From the NCBI GenBank assembly GCA_002269645.1, contig NIVC01001672.1:1-64000 (forward strand): DNA of 64,000 nucleotides. Reading direction: 5' to 3'. This document shows positions 31,184-43,203 of this stretch, one piece after another (position 1 is the first letter of the stretch; each line of letters begins with the position of its first letter). The stretch is from Macrostomum lignano (taxonomy: Eukaryota). Below the pieces are notes generated by a model that saw only the letters and a program-made list of their open reading frames with translations, had not been told where the DNA came from and searched no databases. The position numbers and the translations under genes are program-made.

Positions 31184-33755
31184 TCAACTATGTCTAAAAG
31201 TTCCTTCCTCGTTCTTGCCGAACTCAATTTCGACCATGGCGTCAACCTTATTGCGCTTCCGACGGCAGCAGCCGAAGATGCGGGACAGCAGCCGGTCGTA
31301 CGGTGCCAGAGAGCGCAGCGGCTCCGGCAGGAAGTCCCAGGTGCGCAGAAACTCTGGCAGCCAGTCGGGTCTGTGCGTCTGCAGCAAGCCAACAACGCCA
31401 GCTACCAGCATCGGTGCAACCAACAGGCCGAACGCGACGTAGACGGCGGCGGTGTGCAGCAGCGACAGGGCGAAGAACATCAGCGGTAGCAGCAGGAATG
31501 CAAGCAGGATGTAGGCGATAGCGAACCAGCGATAAGCGGCGGTGGCAGCGCCGAGCTTCTTTGCCAGCGCGATCGGGACGCGTTTCAGTAATGACACTGG
31601 CAGCCAGATCAGCACGCCGAACACGTTGAAGAACAGGTGCACCAGCGCCGTCTGCAGGCTTGAGTCGCTGCCGGAGGCCAGAGCGGCAAGCAGGCCGGTG
31701 GTGGTGGTGCCGATGTTCGAGCCCAGCGTGATAGGGTACATGATCTCCACCGTGATCACTCCGGTGCCAACAAGAGGAGTCAGGGCTGACGTCAGTACAG
31801 ATGACGACTGGACCAGTATTGTCAGACCGGCGCCAACCAGCAGCGATATGTAGTCCATGGCGAACAGCAGGCGGCGATTCTCCGTGCGTGTCACCCTCTC
31901 GATAGTCGTCTTGACTTTGCTCTCCAGCAGCGAGCGCAGGATTCGAACTAGACCAACTAGGCAGCCAATCAGAGCGGCGAGCGACAAGGCCAATAGGATG
32001 CCTCCAATGATGGCGTCCGCCCAGTGACCGGCAACCTCCATGAACATAAACTGGCCTGTTGCGTGTGGATGGTTTAAATAACGAAATTTTGTGTGGGACT
32101 GATTGAGAAGATATACATTGATAGTTTTGTGAATATTGCAGACTTAAAGTTAGTTCGTAGAGTACAATAAGCAGAGTACATAAGAGGATGTCAGCCTAAG
32201 CACCGGAATGAAGTCCAGGGGTTGCCGTGCGATTCACAGCCATGAAAGCCAAACCCCCAAGGCACAGAGAGTGTACATGCCTGACGATTGGAAAACCAGG
32301 GCCGCTGTACACCCTGTGTGAGCGTGTGTATGAGTGCGTGCCTTCGTTTTTGCGCGCTTGTACGAGCGTATGTGCTCAGGAGTCGGAGGAATGGGCAGAG
32401 TTGTCGTCAGCGCTGGTTGTGGGCGATGTAGGCGAAGACGTTGCGCCAGGGTGTCCCACAGCCCTCCGGCAGCTATTAATATTATGGCGATTGCAGTCAT
32501 TCAGACGGAGCATTGGTTTCCTTCAGTCTCCAAAGGGGGCTTAAACTGACGCCTCGTTTATTAAATGCTTCTGAATATTCGATTAATTGTGTGGGGAGAA
32601 AATCTCGTAGTACACGCACTCCTATACTGTTAGTAGTAACTACAAATTGAGAAAAAACAGCTTTTTCAAGTGTGTCTAAACTCACATTTCTCAAGGCAGG
32701 TACTATTTGAGGTCTTGCAGCAGACTTTAATTAGCGTACTACTGTTCCGAAGAAGCTCCGGGTCCTTCAGCAGCTTGCTGTCCAACCTAATCACCAGACC
32801 AGTGAACGGAGAAGTGATGGCTTTGAGAAAGTCGGGCGGTTTGTCCACATTGATGGTGCTGTTGGCGTTGCTGTTTACGATGAGGCCAGTCAGGCTGGTG
32901 AGGGCTCCGCTGGCCATCTCCAGGGGCAGCAGGACCAGCACAGTCAGCCAGTTGAACATGTCGTGCACTGTGGCACCGGCGAACGCGCGCTCGAGTTCTT
33001 CTCTGTCGCCGATCTGGCCCAGAGAGACAATCGTGTTGGTGACCGTAGTGCCGATGTTGGCCCCCATGATCATGTACACCGAGGAGCGCAGCTCCAGGAT
33101 CTGGGCGCCGACCATTGTGATGATCAGCGAAGTGGAAGTTGACGAGCTCTGCACCAGGACGGTAAGCAGGACGCCCATCATCAGGCAGGCGACGGGGTTG
33201 GCGAACACGACGTTGTTGGACAGCAGCTCGCCAACCTGACGGCCACCGAGCAGGCGGAAGGCGGAGCTCATGAGGTCGAGTGAGCACACGAAGAAGTACA
33301 GGCAGAGAAGCAGAGCCAGTAGTCGTAGAACGAGCAAAGCGACTCGGAGAGCTAGCGGTCTCTTTGACTGAGTCGTCGACTCATCGGTTGATTCATCGCT
33401 CTGCTTTGATGTTGTCGTAACTTTTTTCTCAATTGGCACTGGCTCGTTGAATGGCTCGGCTTGTTTGGAGATGGTCTCGGTGCTGGAACTAAGGGGGAGG
33501 GGGTGGGTTCGAGGGTTGAAATTGACCGCTTACACCTAAAATAGCTAGCTAGAGAACAGAAGCAAGCAGACCCCAGGAAGACAAGGGTAACCATCCAGGA
33601 GCGCTAGGCTTTATTGCCGAATGCTGAGATGTCAAGACTCAATAGCGAGTTTCTGAGTCGCCACGGAAAAAGTTCCGTTTTTTTCTAAAGCAACACAGGC
33701 CACAGCAGCAGAAAAGGACAGCACTGATGCTTTACCTATCAGTCGTTGATTCCAT
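31184..33755 (-). CDS. SLC34A: Type II sodium-phosphate cotransporter, copy A (564 aa; exons 33755-33736, 33488-32686, 32055-31184)
   Basis: Two QSSS signature repeats (VQSSSTSTS, VQSSSVLTS), GANIGTT/GSNIGTT, AFAGATVHDMFNWL, C-terminal Cys cluster; phases consistent, no stops. Confidence 0.95.
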
Positions 33756-34106
33756 TGTGGCATTGGTGAGTTGGTAGGATTTTTTGGAGCAGACGGTCTA
33801 ACAGATGCTGGAACAAGTTCCGCTTTTTATGATTCGAGCACAGATCCACAGGCTGTCGTATATTTATACCCAAGCCATGCTGCTTATCGTGTCCGTTATA
33901 GTGAAGGGCAAAAACAGGAGGAGGGGGGCTCTGATACGAATAACAAGCTGGCTGGAGCTTAGTCAATCTCGTTGCCTGCGGTGTGGGTGGGCCGAAAAAA
34001 GCAGACCACGCAGGATCTGCAGGTCGCTCCCATAGTGATTTCGAAAACATATGCAGCGACATTGAAATTTGATTTTTGTACGCCATGAATTTGTAACAAG
34101 TTTTAT

Positions 34107-34781
34107 TAGACTACATCAGGCATCACACTAGACTACATCAGGCATCACATTAGACTACATCAGGCATCACACTAGACTACATCAGGCATCACACTGCAGG
34201 GCTGTCCCGGAGGGGACACAGCGGGAAGGCGCGGGCGCCCATTCCGCTACAGGCATCACACTAGACTACATCAGGCATCACACTAGACTACATCAGGCAT
34301 CACATTAGAGTGAGACATCAGGCATCACACTAGACTATATCAGGAATCACAGTAGACTATATCAAGCATCACATTAGACTACATCAGGCATCACATTAGA
34401 CTATATCAGGCATCACATTAGACTATATCAGGCATCACACTAGGACTATATCAGGAATCACATTAGACTACATCAGGAATCACACTAGACTACATCAAGC
34501 ATCACATTAGACTATCAAGCATCACACTAGACTACATCAGGCATCACATTAGACTACATCAGGCATCACACTAGACTACATCAGGCATCATATTAGACTA
34601 CATCAGGCATCACATTAGACTACATCAGGCATCACACTAGACTACATCAGGCATCACATTAGACTACATCAGGCATCACATTAGACTACATCAGGCATCA
34701 CACTAGACTACACCAGGCATCATATTAGACTATATCAGGCATCACATTAGACTACATCAGGCATCACATTAGACTACATCA
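34107..34781. repeat. 22-bp satellite (ACATCAGGCATCACATTAGACT), interrupted by a ~55-bp GC-rich insert at ~34196-34250
   Basis: Directly visible; same unit as 63271-64000. Confidence 0.96.
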
Positions 34782-36278
34782 ATCAATAAACTTGCCCGAT
34801 AAAAATTAGATTAATTTAGATTTATTGTCACACAAAAGTTACTCAGTCATGCCGTTAACAACACCTGACATGAGTGAATGCAACAATCAGTACAATTCGC
34901 AGCCCATAAATTCCAATTTTCTCGATAAGATCGCGTTTTAAAAAGTTAAAAATAGACTTCACAAGAAGGCCTTCACAGTGCCTTGCAACACTAGTAGTGT
35001 TTTAACTTTCAGAAATTTATTTTGCGTAACTTTATGAGGTTCAAAGTTTGAAAAATGAGTTACAAAATACATATTTAGTGAGTCCTCGCAGGAAAAGTTG
35101 TCTGTCTTTTCTACCACTAAATAAATTAAACGTGTTTTGGTCCATAATTTTAACTCAAAAGTTTATTTTGCTAGATAAGCTTGTGAAAAAATATTATTGA
35201 GAACCGGGAGAGATCAAAATACAGTTGTGTTTTCAAAACAGGGTTCGTAAATATTCGCCTATAACAATCTAAAAAGTGTTACTCAACCACGCATGATTTT
35301 TATAGAACTTTGCAAACCTCTATAATAAGTTGATTTTCGTCAAGTGAATCAATGCAGGAAAATTCCGGGTGTATAATATTCCCATTTGTTTCGGTTCCCT
35401 AGGGTGGGAGGCTCGAGGCGCATAGTTGAACCCCAGTGAGGCTCAGTCCAGTGTCTATGGTATGTAACGCATTTTATTTAATGGCCGGGCTGTGAAATCA
35501 GCTATATGTAGTGCAGAACAGCGAAAAATTTAGAACAAGAGAAGAAAAATAACAAAGTCCAGTAGATCCGGAGAAATCTTCATATCTAGGGCCTCAAAAA
35601 TCGCCAGGATCGGAAGGTCTTCCATGTCGAATTGACTTGCCAGAAAGTATACGATTGCGAATTGATTAGCTGCTTGAGATTTGGGATCGCCTGGTTGAGC
35701 CACACTTAAGTTCAAATATAATAACACACCCAGATTTGCTGTCTATGGCGTAAAGAATGGCTTCGGACTGCGCATCCTCATCCTCACGCATCCTCAGCCA
35801 TTCTATACGCCAAAGAAACTGTCGTGCCGTAAACTTGGCATAAAGAAACTCAAGTTTTATTTTAACTCGCAAGTAGCCGCCTATTTATTAATGACACTAG
35901 CAGGGGCTGAGAGAACACCGAAATAGAGTCACGTGATGACAATTAACTACGTACAAGTACATGGAAGCTTAGGGGTATGGCCATTCAGAGCAAAGGGAGA
36001 GGAAAGAATGGTGTGCACGGACGATTGACGTACATAGCATAAGTTAGTTAGTCAGTGCCTAGAGCTCCCGGCATCACAAAAACAAATCTGGGGGGGGGGT
36101 TATCTTATAATTATTGACCGAGGCGAAGCGGAGGTCAGTAAAAGTTATTTCCGTTTATTTATTTCTTTGGTCTAAAGCAAATGCAGAGGACTCGTTTCTT
36201 GGAAGCGAGTCCGAAGCTTTTGATTCAGACCATATTTATACCCCGGCCGTTTGGACAAACTAACACTGTACATTTTAA

Positions 36279-38273
36279 CCATAGACAAATGTTGATTTGA
36301 TGCAGTTCACGAAAACGACTGTGTTCGCGTTTGGTATTTCAAATTGAGTGGTTGCCTCTACTTAATTCCCTTTAATTTTAATCTGTGACACTTCACGTTA
36401 TTTTCAACTTGAGTGATATTGACATTGTCGATTTTGAATCACTTAGTCTTGCTGAAGTCTTCTTGAGTGAATTGCTACTGGCTTCCGAAACCGATTACAA
36501 CGAAGATGAGCAGAGACTCAACGAAATGATTGCGTCTGTAGTGTCAGAAGCTACAACGAAGAAGTGTAAATGAATGGTAGAAATCCTTCGATCGTGGCAC
36601 AAAAGGAAGAAGACTCAATGGGCTAAGGCAGAATATGGACCGAGTTTGATGGTGTTGGCCGATCTATTCGAGATGAGCAAGCACGATCTCAACTTGTTCT
36701 TAAGTGGTTTATCTAAGAGATACGAAATAAGCGTGGTGTTCGCTATGACGCTTCTACATTGAAGGATTTTTTCAGTATGTTGCAATACTTGGTCAACGAA
36801 TGTGGAAAGCCATGGAGCCTCTGGAAGGACGTGGATTGCGTCGTGCAGGACCTGTACCATCTAGCATCGAAGAGAAGCTCTGGTCTGAAGGTGTGCTCGG
36901 TAGTGATAGTCCACGACAACTGGTGAGTTCCGCGATTTGGGGTGTGGGGAAACATTTCGCACTACGCGGTGGTTCGGAGTTGCGAGTTGTTCAATACTCG
37001 TAACCGTTAGCTATTGTACATCATAATCTGTCGCATAAACTTTTTTGATTACTTTTCTGCTGCTTATTCATTGTCTTATTTATTTGGATCGTTTATTTGG
37101 CCGGGACTTAGTCGGTTGTTTTTTACATTGTCCAGAAGACACAGCCTGGCGCAATGACAAACTCAACTGGCCATTATTTCAGCTTTAACAGACGTTTGAA
37201 CCATAGACGATTAGTTAAAGTATTCATATATTAACTGGCATAAGGAAATAATGTTCACAGTAATGATAATCATAACAATAGTAATATTAGTGAGAAGGAA
37301 AATGATAGTCAAAACTATTTAGCCACAAAACTATTTAGCAGAAAACGCGCCTAACACAAAAACAACATAGTGGTCGTAGTCTGTTCATCAGAAGTTGCTC
37401 ATTAAAAATGAAATGTGCAATCCTTGAAGTGGCAATTCTCGAAAAACCGAACTGCACTTTCCGAATCCATCCGACCTGCAGATTAATGGGTATTGTAAAA
37501 AATTCACAGTTTCTATATAACCAATAGTATAGCCGCTAATTTACTTACAACTTAATGTACATGTACTTACCATGCTTCATCCGCGTCTCCTGTCTCACGT
37601 CCACTGAAGCATAGGAGGTTGCACTGCTAGTTGTGACAACACTTTGCTTATTTGCCAGTGTCTCATGCTGCTCAGGTGCTCTCTTCAGAGCACTGCTTAT
37701 CGCTGTCGAGGCTGCACGCACGGCTCGGTCCCGTTTATGTGACAAGTACCTACGGACAGTTCGTTCGCTTTTCTGGCCTGTGATACACATTATGTCGCTC
37801 ATGTCATGTCCAGCATCACGGAGATCTGATATCCTGGTGACCCGAATGCAGTGGTCATAGCCGAAAAAAGAAAACACAGCTCTGTTAATCCTCGATCTCG
37901 ACTATCTCTACTTCTCGTCAGCTCAAGCCTATCATCAGCTTATTCATTTATAGTCTATGGCCCAACAGCTTTTTATTTATAGTCTATGGCCCAACAGCTT
38001 TTTATTTATAGTCTATGGCCCAACAGCTTTTTATTTATAGTCTATGGCCCAACAGCTTTTTATTTATAGTCTATGGCCCAACCACCGCCCTCTTTACGCA
38101 GTCGCACGCACGCAGACTCTTACCCTGAAATAATGACCGCTTCCGGCACGCTGAAATAATGGCCAGGCTGTGTCTTATAGCTATCTACCATTGCTGTGTA
38201 TAAACTCTGACTCTGTCTCGCACTCTCTCTCTCTCCCTCTCTCTCTCTCTCGGACTTTGTCTACAGTCTATGG
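36279..38273. mobile_element. TIR-bounded element in a TTAA site carrying two tyrosine-recombinase fragments in opposite orientation
   Basis: TTAA|CCATAGAC ... GTCTATGG|TTAA; + strand Crypton N-terminal fragments (36385-37003, KHFALRGGSELR); - strand YR C-terminus (37545-37877, HCIRVT..TGQKSERTVRRY). Confidence 0.6.
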
Positions 38274-38377
38274 TTAAAAGTGGACCGGTTTCAAGAAGTG
38301 TCTCGTAAAAAGTATACATTAGGCTGGACTGGAAAGGCTATCTTAGGCATGAAATAAAATTTGACGCTTGCGCAGCT

Positions 38378-39479
38378 ATGGCTAGCACTCGATTTGAAAG
38401 CTTGACTGAGGCTGAGGCTGAGGCCTTGATTTGCGGCACTGTACCTTCAAACACCATGAAGAAGTGCGAGTGGATGGTGTCTATTTTCAAGGAGTGGTAC
38501 GCATTCAGGAAGCAAGAATGGGCGACAAATGGAGGATCATCTCTCATGATAATCAAGGACATGGATGAGTTTGAAAGGGTGACTTGAACTTTCTAATGAA
38601 GTTATTCATCCTGGAGGTCCGAAGAAAAAGAAACAAGAGATACTGGGCTGGTCCGCTGAAAGACTTTTTTCCATGCTACAGTACCACATGCGCAACGCAT
38701 ACCATAAGGAGTGGTGTCTCTGGACAGATGTTGAGTTCGTCGACCGTCGAAAAGTTGACGCAGCCATGAAACTATCAACTGCTAACGGTAATGGCGTCGG
38801 GCTCAAGAAGGCTGAACCGGTGTCGACGAATATCGAAGACGACTGTGTTCGGAAGAAGGATGTGTTCGGTTCCGAGCACCCAGACCAGCTATTGCGCACG
38901 ATTATTTGGCAAATCAAAAAACACTTCGGCCTTCGAGGAGGCAGTGAACTGCGTGAATTAGAATTTGAACGCGAAATCAACCTGGACGGGGCTGGTGTTG
39001 ACGAGTGCATCGTGTATACGGAGTCAAAAAGAACGAAAACCAATCAGGACGGCTTGAAGGGCGGACAGAAACATTCAAAAGTTGTTAACGCATTCTACTC
39101 TACGGACTGTGAGAAATGTGTAGTCTGCATGTACCGGAAATACGTCTCGGTTCGTCCCGCCAAGTGCGCATCTGCTCTGTTTATATCCGCCAATAAAAAC
39201 TGGACTCCAACCAATGGAAAGGCTTTGTACACAGTACATCCGGTTGGCAAAAATATGCTTGCCAACCTCGCGAAGGACATCGTTTCTGAAGTTCGTCCGA
39301 ACAGCACCACACGGTATACAAACCAGAGCCTTCGCAAAGCGTGTGCAACACAGTTGCATGAGGCGGGCATTGAGCGAGGAGATATCGCCCGAGTCACCGG
39401 CCACTCTACTGCCAAGGCGTTAAGAACAGTATATTACCCAGTCAGCTACTCGGCAGAAGATTCAGATCGCCATTATTAG
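38378..39479 (+). pseudogene. Crypton-type tyrosine recombinase (DUF3504/KCTD1-ZMYM-related) with two frameshifts near 38584 and 38673
   Basis: PSNTMKKCEW..FKEW, LFILEVRRK, FGLRGGSELR (catalytic R), KTNQ (K), TNQSLR, TGH...VY (catalytic Y). Confidence 0.85.
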
Positions 39480-40679
39480 CGGGGACATCAAGGATGTCGC
39501 CACTGTCGTCAGGAGTGGAAACAGTGTGACGGTGTCCGAGGCCGAGATGGAGATTACTATCGATTCGTGCCGAGCGCCTGCTCCTAAGCGCATGGTGATC
39601 GAGGCCAACGGGAAGAACAACATTTTGAAGATTACTTTCACCTAGATTCGTCGTGAGGATGCCATGCGTGTACAATAACTATATATCATTCTTGACAATA
39701 TTAAATGATTCAAAGCTGTTCAAGTTATGCACGTTATTAACTGTATTTCCCGCACGTTTATGTTTCTATCGTAAAATTGCCGTTTATACGCTCCGGGCGA
39801 GCGGGAAATAAATCATTTATTGCCCGGGGCAAATAAATGAAGTGCTTTAAGACATAGACTGCGTTGGCGGGCAAATGGAGAATACTAAATGGTATTCATT
39901 CCCGCTTGGGCATTGGCCATAGACTATAGAAACTCCATGCTTTGCCTTGGCCCTTGATCCTATTCTCAACACCAATGAATAGAATCATGGATTGCTCGTC
40001 CGTCTTCAATTTGGGGGTACAATTTTGCTCCCCGAAACCCCCGTTTGTATTGATTGGCTACTAAATATTTCTTAGTAGTCTAAGACAAAGACAGCAATCC
40101 AAGCCAAAATAAATAAATAAATGAAGTAAATAAATTTGCACACAGTACACAGTACAATCCCTCCGTTCTCCACTTATAACTATACTAAGATGGCCACCGA
40201 AAAGCGTCGGCCTAATTTTAGCCTGCGAGAGGGGTCGAGGTCCTAGCTCGTATTGGAGCACGCAAGAGACAGTCCGGCACTGAGAGCAAAGCATAGAGAT
40301 GCAGGCACAAACTCTCAAAAGAAGAAGCTTCTGGAAACGATCGCCACAGTGGTTTCTGCTGTTAGAGTATCGAGGCGCTCTCCAGAAGAATGTCGGAAAA
40401 AATTGCGTCATTGTGTAGCGAAACAAAGTCTCGGGTGGCCACAGTGTTCAATGAGCAAAGACGCACAGGCGGCGGCGTTTCAACAGCTGAACCACTGACG
40501 CAACAGGATCAAGCAGTCCTAGGCTTTCTACCCGACGTCGCATAGAAGGGTGCGGAAGGTGGATTTGATTCGTCGGCAGAAATGTCATCTGTGACTGACA
40601 AGACATCCACGATCGTCGGTATGACAAAATCAGACCACAATAGGTCGGCTAACAGTTCGGCTGCCAGTTCGACTACTAG

Positions 40680-41255
40680 TGAAGTGATCTTAATTTAAGC
40701 ATGTTATGCCCAATGTTATTTTTTAGTCTAATGCGAACTTCAGAAGGTTTTTCTATCAGGAAAGTACAGCACATGCTTGTGCACCAGTAAAGATCCTATT
40801 GCGTGAAGCGAACACCAATGAAATGCGTTATAGAAATCATATATATACTAGCGTTCAGTGAGAATGAAGCCTCTCTCCAGTTTTTCCCGGTTCTCGGCTC
40901 TCCGCCTCTTTGCCTCCTCAACTGCTCCGCTAGCTTGCCCCAACAATCGGGCCTGAACTCTAATATCCCGATTTAACAGAGATAAATCCGGACAAACGTC
41001 AATTCGTGCAACAATATCGATAAGTAGCCTGTGGCTCCATTTTCACTGAATTGCTTAACAAATTTGCGTAATTGCGTGATCAATATCCTATTAGGAATTG
41101 CTACTAACATTGATTAGTAATAAACATCTTGTTGAAGGTTAGAGATCGAGAGAAACAAATCGAACCTCCGACTTATTTGATTCAACAGCAACATCAACGA
41201 TCATAGTCATCGTCAGAGGGGCACACCCCCGCAACACATTATTCTAAAACATTTG
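40680..41255 (+). repeat. 5' LTR (576 bp)
   Basis: Starts TGAAGTG; TATA-like tract ~40820, AATAAA ~41119; differs from the 3' LTR by four single-C indels only. Confidence 0.95.
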
Positions 41256-41257
41256 AC

Positions 41258-41267
41258 TGGCTCCCCG
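41258..41267 (+). promoter_or_regulatory. Primer-binding site, probably tRNA-Asp
   Basis: TGGCTCCCCG is complementary to the 3' end (...CGGGGAGCCA) of metazoan tRNA-Asp(GUC). Confidence 0.75.
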
Positions 41268-43203
41268 ACCTTGTTTCTCTCCGTAATTTCCTTCAACATG
41301 CCCGGCTTCAATATGCTGGGGTGAACACCTCCGTGGAGCTGGCTATGAGCTAGTGTTGGCATCTTAGAAAGGGTCAGTAAAAAATATAAAAATTAAAAAA
41401 TTACAAAATATAAAAACCAATACAATTTGCAAAACTACAAAAATACTACGTGTATGATTCTCCCAAGCTGTAGAATCGTAGAAAAGATTAGTGTTATTTA
41501 ATGTTCTTAAATTTACAACCTCTAATCGCTCTCCCGCTTCGGAGAACCAGCAGCGAACCAGTCCTCAAACCGGTTCCGATGGGAATCCACCCATTCCCAC
41601 TATTTACGCCCTTCTGATATACTTTCTCCGAGTACTTTGCTCGCCTCACCTCAAAGAACGTCAAGTTCACCTTGCTCTTTCTCCACAATCTCACTCTGTT
41701 CTATAAATATCCTGCCTGGGCGACAAATCCCAACCAGGCAACCAGCATTGTCTCAATCCTTTTTCTATTTTTAGCCTCGCAAAACCAGTTCTCGTCCGGA
41801 GAATTCCGCCTTTACTCCGGCTGGTTCACAGCAGATCTGCATCGTTTTTCGTCTTCTGGAAATTCTAGTTCCATTCCGGTCTGCATCAGTTCACAAACCA
41901 GCCTCAACTGGCCTCAGTTCGCCTCACTCAGTTGGCTAAAACGCCCTATCGGCTCCGCGCCTCACTCAGTTGGCTCAACGCCCTACCACAATTCAGCTGT
42001 GATCCGCTCCAGCTCTTCTCTCCGCTGCAATTCTCATCCCCAGGGATAGAAAGTGAGGGAGAATGATTCTGTCACACCGGTGCGACACTCTCAGTACTCT
42101 CAATCTTCTCTTACCCCAGGGAATTCATTTTTGTTTCAATGGCTGCTCCCCCTCCTTGGGCTTTCCCATCAGAAACCCCCATTGTTCTCTAATGGGAATA
42201 ATTTCCGTCCCAAGCTCTTATTTATACTACAATCCGCTTTCCTTCTCCGCAAAGTACAACCTACCACCCTCGTCTACCCATACACCAGCCCTTTAGCCTT
42301 CGCAGTCGTTCAAAATTTCTCAAAACAAAATAAAAATTACGCTGTGATTGCTACCCACCCTCTCCTATTCCCTATTCCTTGTTTCTCAATTTCAAGCAGC
42401 CACATCATTTCTTCATGATTAGCAGCGATAAGCCCGCGGCAATTTGTCCTATACACAGGACCTCTACACCTGCCTTCAGGTAATTATAATTCTATTTTAG
42501 TCGGCCGAATCTATTTGTCAATTACACACTTAAACCCAGGACTGGTGCTTGGTTCATGCTCATCGTGTTCCAAGTTTGAAGTTTTGGCACGCCACTCATA
42601 CGCCTCTGCCTTGCTTCCACAGACTTCTGCAGAGTCTCTTTCGTTCCTTTTACAACAAATTCAAATCGCGTACTCAACACGCATCGCCACATCCGCTGGC
42701 ATCTTAACCACAACTCACCAGCTGAGTTTTCAACGCCAATCCGTTCAATCTCAAAGGCATCAATCAACGCGCACATTGCCGCCTCCGCTGAATCTTCTAC
42801 CGAAATCTGTTCAAATTCTAATCAAACTCAATCCAAGGATGAGGCTCAGCTTTTCTTGCTGCTTCTATGAAATATTTTAACCGCTCCACCGCTGAGCTAT
42901 ATTATAATTAGTACAGGCGCATCAGCCGACTCTACTCAGTTCTACTTTATACAACTGTTCAACACTTGCTCAAAATTGCTCTAAACTCACACTTTTGATA
43001 AATGATACTACAGCTACCGAAGCTCTACATATTGAAAATTTGCTTATATAAAACAAAAAACTGACCCTGGATAGATGACCGCAAATCACGCTCAGATGCT
43101 ATTGCTTCACGCTATTTCAAATCTTTATTGTTACAAAATTGCGATTATTTTCAACTCTTAATTGCAAGACCACTCGAAGTAAACCCATTCCACAGATCAT
43201 TGC

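Larger units (their letters stand above)
25900..34781. repeat. Segmental duplication copy A (SLC34 unit); copy B at 55534-64000
   Basis: Both start GCCTACTAACAAAAACACAGGGTAGCCC and share an RTE fragment, the SLC34 gene and a 22-bp satellite, in the same order. Confidence 0.9.
36111..39840 (+). mobile_element. Crypton-like tyrosine-recombinase element (outer), interrupted by the 36279-38273 insertion; ends inferred from terminal hairpins
   Basis: YR ORF at 38378-39479; dyads at 36111-36141 (TTATTGACC..GCGAAGC..GGTCAGTAA) and 39813-39840 (TCATTTATTGCCCGGGGCAAATAAATGA). Confidence 0.55.

Noticed and set aside
31303-33287. Alternative-frame ORFs over the SLC34 exons (and 58949-61239)
   Set aside because: Shadow ORFs of GC-rich coding sequence
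39850-40190. Harbinger terminal inverted repeats
   Set aside because: No convincing match to 55440-55533 found by eye
41672-42880. Leader ORFs as an extra ORF0 of the LTR element
   Set aside because: Short, in different frames, compositionally biased, no recognisable motifs
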